DNA of 64,000 nucleotides from an uncultured Erysipelotrichaceae bacterium (GTDB lineage Bacteria; Bacillota_I; Bacilli_A; RFN20; CAG-826): NCBI GenBank assembly GCA_902800025.1, contig CADCDA010000005.1, positions 36,900 to 100,899 of the forward strand, read 5' to 3'. Shown piece by piece: positions 59,649 to 64,000 of this stretch (position 1 is its first letter; each line of letters starts with the position of its first letter). The notes under the pieces were generated by a model. It saw only the letters and a program-made list of their open reading frames with translations, ran no database searches and was not told where the DNA came from. The position numbers and the translations under genes were made by a program.

Positions 59649-62600
59649 ATGTTTGATGTAAAGAAATTATCTGCTATTAAAGTGGGACTTGCCTCCCCAG
59701 ACACTATTAGAAAATGGTCCCATGGTGAAGTTTTAAAACCAGAAACCATTAACTATCGTAGCCAAAAGCCAGAAATGCAAGGCTTATACTGCGAAAAAAT
59801 CTTTGGTCCTAGTAAGGACTACGAATGTCATTGTGGAAGATATAAGAAAATTAGATATTCCGGTGTCGTTTGTGAAAAATGTGGTGTTGAAGTCATCTCC
59901 AAAGAAGTTCGTAGAGAAAGAATGGGTCATATTGAACTCGCTTCTCCATGTACACATATTTGGTATTTAAAAGGTATTCCAAGTAGAATTGGCTTACTCT
60001 TAGATGTCTCTCCAAAACACCTCGAAGAAGTTGCGTATTACGCTGCTCACATCTGCTTAAATCCAGGCAGAAGTGAAATTCTCACCAAGAGTGAATTTAT
60101 CAATGAGAAAAATGGTCGTGATGCCTTTATCCCAGTGATTAGAGAAATTCAAAAACACGGTGAAGAATGGGGTTTAATTCCAGGAAGTGATGATTACTTA
60201 CGTTCTGAAGAACTCATCGGTAGACTTGAAAACCGCAGCGAAGTTTTTGACTTTGAAACCAATTACAACTTCATTAGAAAATATACTGGAGCAGAATTCT
60301 CCGAAGGCGCTCTTGCTATCAAGAGATTACTCGCTGATGTTGATTTAGATGCAGAAGCTGAAGATATCAACAGAAAAATGAAGGGAACATCTGCTTTAAA
60401 CAGAACTAAATTAACCAAGAGACTTGAAGTTATTGAAGCTTTCCGTCATAGCGACAATAAGCCAGAGTGGATGGTTTTGGATGTCATTCCAGTCATTCCA
60501 CCAGATTTAAGACCAATGCTTCAACTCGATGGTGGTAGATTTGCGACCTCTGACTTAAATGATTTATATCGTAGAGTTATTTCTCGTAACAACCGTTTAA
60601 AGAAATTAATCGATATGAATTCTCCTGCTGTTCTTCTCTTTAACGAAAAACGTATGCTTCAAGAAGCCGTTGACGCTTTAATTGATAACGGTAGAAGAAA
60701 TAAGCCAGTTACTGGCCCAGGTGGTAGACCTCTTAAATCCCTCAGTAGTGGACTTAAAGGTAAACAAGGTAGATTTAGACAAAACTTACTTGGTAAACGT
60801 GTCGACTATTCTGGTCGTTCCGTTATCGCAGTTGGTCCATTCTTAAAGATGTATCAATGTGGTTTACCAAGAGAAATGGCTGTCCAATTATTAAGACCAT
60901 TTATCGCCTGTGAACTCTTAAAGAGAGGTATCGCAAACGCTCATAAGCAAGCGGATAAGATTATCGATAGATATGATCCAGCCGTCTTAGATATCGTTGA
61001 AGAAATCATCGGTAAACACCCAGTGTTACTTAACCGTGCTCCAACCTTACATAGACTTGGTATTCAAGCGTTCCAACCATGCTTAGTTGATGGAAGAGCC
61101 ATTCGTTTACACCCACTCGTTTGTACCGGATTTAACGCCGACTTCGATGGTGACCAAATGGCGGTTCACGTTCCACTAAGTAAAGCTGCTCAAGAAGAAG
61201 CTCTTGATTTAATGCTTGCAAGTAATAACATCTTAGGTCCAAAAGATGGCAAACCAATCGTTACTCCATCTCAAGACATGGTCTTAGGTAACTATTACTT
61301 AACCTTAGAAAACACTAAAGAAGACTTCTTAAGAAAAGCTAACGAAGTTAGAGAACGTAGTCCTCAATACGCTGAAAGACTTGAATTATACGCCGCTAGC
61401 GAAGGTAAAGTCTTCAGAAGTGTTGATGATGTCTTACTCGCATATCAAACCAAACAAATCCACTTACATAACCGTATCGCCATTATCGGACGTGCGCTTA
61501 TGAAGAAGGGATTCACCGAAGAAATGAATAGAAGTTACTTAATTACCTCTGTTGGTAAAGTTATCTTTAACCAAATCTTCCCAAGTGATTTCCCATATTT
61601 AAACGCTGTTAATAGCGCTAACATCGCTAATGACTTACCAGAGTACTTTGTACCAATGGGAACAGATGTCAGGTCTTATATCGCATCTCAACCAGTCCGT
61701 ACTCCAATTAAGAAAGGCGATTTAGGAAAAATTATTAACGAAATCTTCCAACGTTATGATCGCAAAGGAAATCCAAAGACCAGTGCGGTTCTTGATAAGA
61801 TGAAAGATCAAGGTTTCCAATACGCAACAGTTGCTGGATTTACAATTTCTATCGACGATATTCATATCGTTGAAGGTAAACAAAAGATCTTAGATGAAGG
61901 TGACAAGAAAGTCGCTGAAATCGAAGAAATGTACGAACTTGGTATGTTAACTGATGAAGAAAGACACAACAGTGTTGTTGAAGTCTGGAATGACGTCACC
62001 GCACTTGTCCGTAGCAAGTTAACTGAACAAGTCCAAAAAGACCCACGTAACCCAATCTTCATGATGAGTGATAGTGGTGCTCGTGGTAACATTTCCAATA
62101 TTACCCAATTAGCAGGTATGAGAGGTCTTATGGGTAACACCTCTGGTGGAACCATCGAACTCCCTGTTAAACGTTGCTTCCGTGAAGGTATGACCGTTTC
62201 TGAATTCTTTATTGCGACCCACGGTGCTCGTAAAGGTGGTACCGATACCGCTTTGAAGACTGCAGACTCTGGTTACTTAACAAGAAGACTTGTCGACGTT
62301 TCTCAAGACGTTATTGTTAGAGAAGTCGATTGTGGAACAGACCACGGCTTCGTTGTTAAAGAAATTAGAGATACCTCTAGAAACGCAATCGTTGTCAAAT
62401 TATTCGACCGTTTAGTCGGTAGATACGCCCTCAACGATGTCATTAATCCAAATACTGGTGAAGTCATCGTTAAAGGTAACACCATGATCAATGAAGAAAG
62501 TGCAAAAGCGATCATTGACGCTGGTATTACTGAAGTTGAAATCAGAAGCTTATTTGGTTGTGAAACCAAAGATGGTGTCTGTGTCCACTGCTATGGACGT

Positions 62601-63563
62601 AACCTTGCTACTGGACGTGAAGTCCAAGTCGGCGAAGCCGTTGGTATTATGGCGGCTCAATCTATTGGTGAGCCAGGTACTCAATTAACAATGAGAACCT
62701 TCCATACCGGTGGTGTTGCTGGTAGCGATATTACACAAGGTTTACCTCGTGTCCAAGAATTATTTGAAGCGAGAAATCCTAAAGGTGAAGCCCTCATTTC
62801 TGAAATTCCTGGTGAAATTACCAAGATTGAAGAAAAGAATGGTTGCTACTTAGTTACTGTCACTAACGAACTCGAAGAAAAGACATACACCACAAGCTTT
62901 GGTGCAAAGCTTCGCGTTAAGAAAGGTGACAAAGTCATTAATGGTGGCAAGATCACCGAAGGTGCAATCGATCCTAAGAAACTTCTTGAAGTTAGCGATG
63001 TTAAAGCGGTTGAAAGATACATCGTTAAGGAAGTTCAAAAGGTCTATTCATCTCAATCTATCGGTATTTCTGATAAACACATCGAAGTTATCGTTAGACA
63101 AATGTTAAGAAAGGTCTTCGTTATCGACGCTGGTGATACCGACTTAATCGCTGGTACACGTGTCTCTCTTAACACCTTTACCGCTAAAAATAACGAGGCG
63201 ATTATTGCTGGTAAACGTCCAGCGGTCTTCTCACCTCTTATCTTAGGTATTACTAAAGCGGCTCTTGAAACCGACAGCTTCTTATCAGCAGCGTCCTTCC
63301 AAGAAACCACAAGAGTGCTTACTGATGCGGCTATTAAAGGCAAGACCGATTACTTACACGGCTTAAAAGAAAACGTCATTACTGGTCACTTAATTCCTGC
63401 TGGTAGAGGATTACTCTCCGAAGAAGAAAGTAACGAAATGCTTAAAGACTTCTCTGTTGAAAAGACAATGCACGAAGTCAAAGATCGTTATGTCGAAGAC
63501 CATGACCGTGTCATTAACGAAATTCACGAAAAGATTGACCGCAAAACCGAAGAAGCTCGTTAA
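59649..63563 (+). CDS. rpoC: RNA polymerase beta' subunit
   Basis: Zn ribbon, [33 protein letters not shown]. Confidence 0.99.
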   Translation: MFDVKKLSAIKVGLASPDTIRKWSHGEVLKPETINYRSQKPEMQGLYCEKIFGPSKDYECHCGRYKKIRYSGVVCEKCGVEVISKEVRRERMGHIELASPCTHIWYLKGIPSRIGLLLDVSPKHLEEVAYYAAHICLNPGRSEILTKSEFINEKNGRDAFIPVIREIQKHGEEWGLIPGSDDYLRSEELIGRLENRSEVFDFETNYNFIRKYTGAEFSEGALAIKRLLADVDLDAEAEDINRKMKGTSALNRTKLTKRLEVIEAFRHSDNKPEWMVLDVIPVIPPDLRPMLQLDGGRFATSDLNDLYRRVISRNNRLKKLIDMNSPAVLLFNEKRMLQEAVDALIDNGRRNKPVTGPGGRPLKSLSSGLKGKQGRFRQNLLGKRVDYSGRSVIAVGPFLKMYQCGLPREMAVQLLRPFIACELLKRGIANAHKQADKIIDRYDPAVLDIVEEIIGKHPVLLNRAPTLHRLGIQAFQPCLVDGRAIRLHPLVCTGFNADFDGDQMAVHVPLSKAAQEEALDLMLASNNILGPKDGKPIVTPSQDMVLGNYYLTLENTKEDFLRKANEVRERSPQYAERLELYAASEGKVFRSVDDVLLAYQTKQIHLHNRIAIIGRALMKKGFTEEMNRSYLITSVGKVIFNQIFPSDFPYLNAVNSANIANDLPEYFVPMGTDVRSYIASQPVRTPIKKGDLGKIINEIFQRYDRKGNPKTSAVLDKMKDQGFQYATVAGFTISIDDIHIVEGKQKILDEGDKKVAEIEEMYELGMLTDEERHNSVVEVWNDVTALVRSKLTEQVQKDPRNPIFMMSDSGARGNISNITQLAGMRGLMGNTSGGTIELPVKRCFREGMTVSEFFIATHGARKGGTDTALKTADSGYLTRRLVDVSQDVIVREVDCGTDHGFVVKEIRDTSRNAIVVKLFDRLVGRYALNDVINPNTGEVIVKGNTMINEESAKAIIDAGITEVEIRSLFGCETKDGVCVHCYGRNLATGREVQVGEAVGIMAAQSIGEPGTQLTMRTFHTGGVAGSDITQGLPRVQELFEARNPKGEALISEIPGEITKIEEKNGCYLVTVTNELEEKTYTTSFGAKLRVKKGDKVINGGKITEGAIDPKKLLEVSDVKAVERYIVKEVQKVYSSQSIGISDKHIEVIVRQMLRKVFVIDAGDTDLIAGTRVSLNTFTAKNNEAIIAGKRPAVFSPLILGITKAALETDSFLSAASFQETTRVLTDAAIKGKTDYLHGLKENVITGHLIPAGRGLLSEEESNEMLKDFSVEKTMHEVKDRYVEDHDRVINEIHEKIDRKTEEAR

Positions 63564-63580
63564 TCAAGCAAATTGAAATT

Positions 63581-63612
63581 GCTCACACTTATTAAAAGTG
63601 TGGGCTTTCTTA
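63581..63612 (+). terminator. Intrinsic terminator after rpoC
   Basis: GCTCACACTT-loop-AAGTGTGGGC followed by TTTCTT. Confidence 0.8.
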
Positions 63613-63663
63613 TTATTGATTATTTCGTGTCAGTAATGTAAAACATAATTAGGAGAAAACAGC

Positions 63664-64000
63664 ATGTCTATCATTAGAACTTGGTTTATTTTGCCTATTA
63701 TGCTTTTGCCAATAATAGGTTTAAACCACCAAAAAGAAAAACACGAAAATATTTATTTAAACGAAAGCTTTTATAGCGAAGTTGTTGACTCGTCATCTGC
63801 GACTAACAATTCAAAAAAAGATCAATTATTTGATGATTTGCCATACACTATTAATTCAACAAAAAAGGATATTAAGGACAGTTTGTTATCGAACGATGAT
63901 TTTTATATTGATGGGATAGTTATATATAATGGTATAGAAGTATATATAAATGATTTGTACGATTTTTCTAAAATAAATAAATTCGATATTGCCGAATGGC
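63664..64000 (+). CDS. 3'-truncated exported hypothetical protein
   Basis: SD AGGAG, MSIIRTWFILPIMLLPIIGL signal-like start, frame open to the window end, very AT-rich. Confidence 0.65.
   Translation, partial: MSIIRTWFILPIMLLPIIGLNHQKEKHENIYLNESFYSEVVDSSSATNNSKKDQLFDDLPYTINSTKKDIKDSLLSNDDFYIDGIVIYNGIEVYINDLYDFSKINKFDIAEW

Noticed and set aside
1167-63343. Many short alternative-frame and antisense ORFs inside long genes (e.g. 16257-16679, 28206-28694, 51525-52004, 54007-54411)
   Set aside because: Shadow ORFs of well-supported genes, with no independent SD or motifs.
1-64000. CRISPR array, tRNA/rRNA genes, intact transposase, prophage, or genetic code 4
   Set aside because: No regularly spaced repeats, cloverleafs or phage genes seen by eye. 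TGA terminates intact genes (e.g. rnfC, rnfA, the methyltransferase) and Trp is encoded by TGG.

Overview
AT-rich chromosomal window from a low-GC Bacillota (Bacilli) organism, probably Mollicutes/Erysipelotrichales-adjacent. It uses the standard code (TGA stop, TGG Trp), has a Mollicutes-like shortened L11 N-terminus, and keeps the Bacilli order rplL-methyltransferase-rpoB; the taxonomy is inference. Left to right: the decayed edge of a mobile region (partial ORF, IS3/IS150-like remnant); glnA-glmS; a Nif11-type leader peptide; a membrane GGDEF protein; an rnfCDGEA-(65 aa)-short rnfB-apbE-NusG-II-Gx operon; a ~29 kb starch/alpha-glucan region; dut, carD, a HAD phosphatase, WaaL-like-smpB-folC; rpmG-secE-nusG; an inserted PIN/Phd TA pair plus ktrAB; and rplKA-rplJL-methyltransferase-rpoBC. 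The starch region holds an exported GH13 amylase and pullulanase, lipoproteins, a maltodextrin ABC transporter, three modular surface proteins, malQ, an ABC exporter, glgB and glgP. Best leads: (1) a sortase-independent C-terminal helical domain plus membrane tail shared by three putative starch-binding surface proteins and one stand-alone protein, suggesting an undescribed surface starch-capture/anchoring system; (2) a hidden 20-aa hydrophobic peptide in a long fold-back RNA with a convergent antisense unit (type I toxin-antitoxin candidate); (3) a duplicated operator + promoter + structured 5' leader ahead of two surface-protein genes; (4) a non-canonical Rnf with a truncated RnfB and an extra Cys-rich membrane microprotein; (5) several apparently leaderless mRNAs. 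All homology calls are by motif recognition, not database search.
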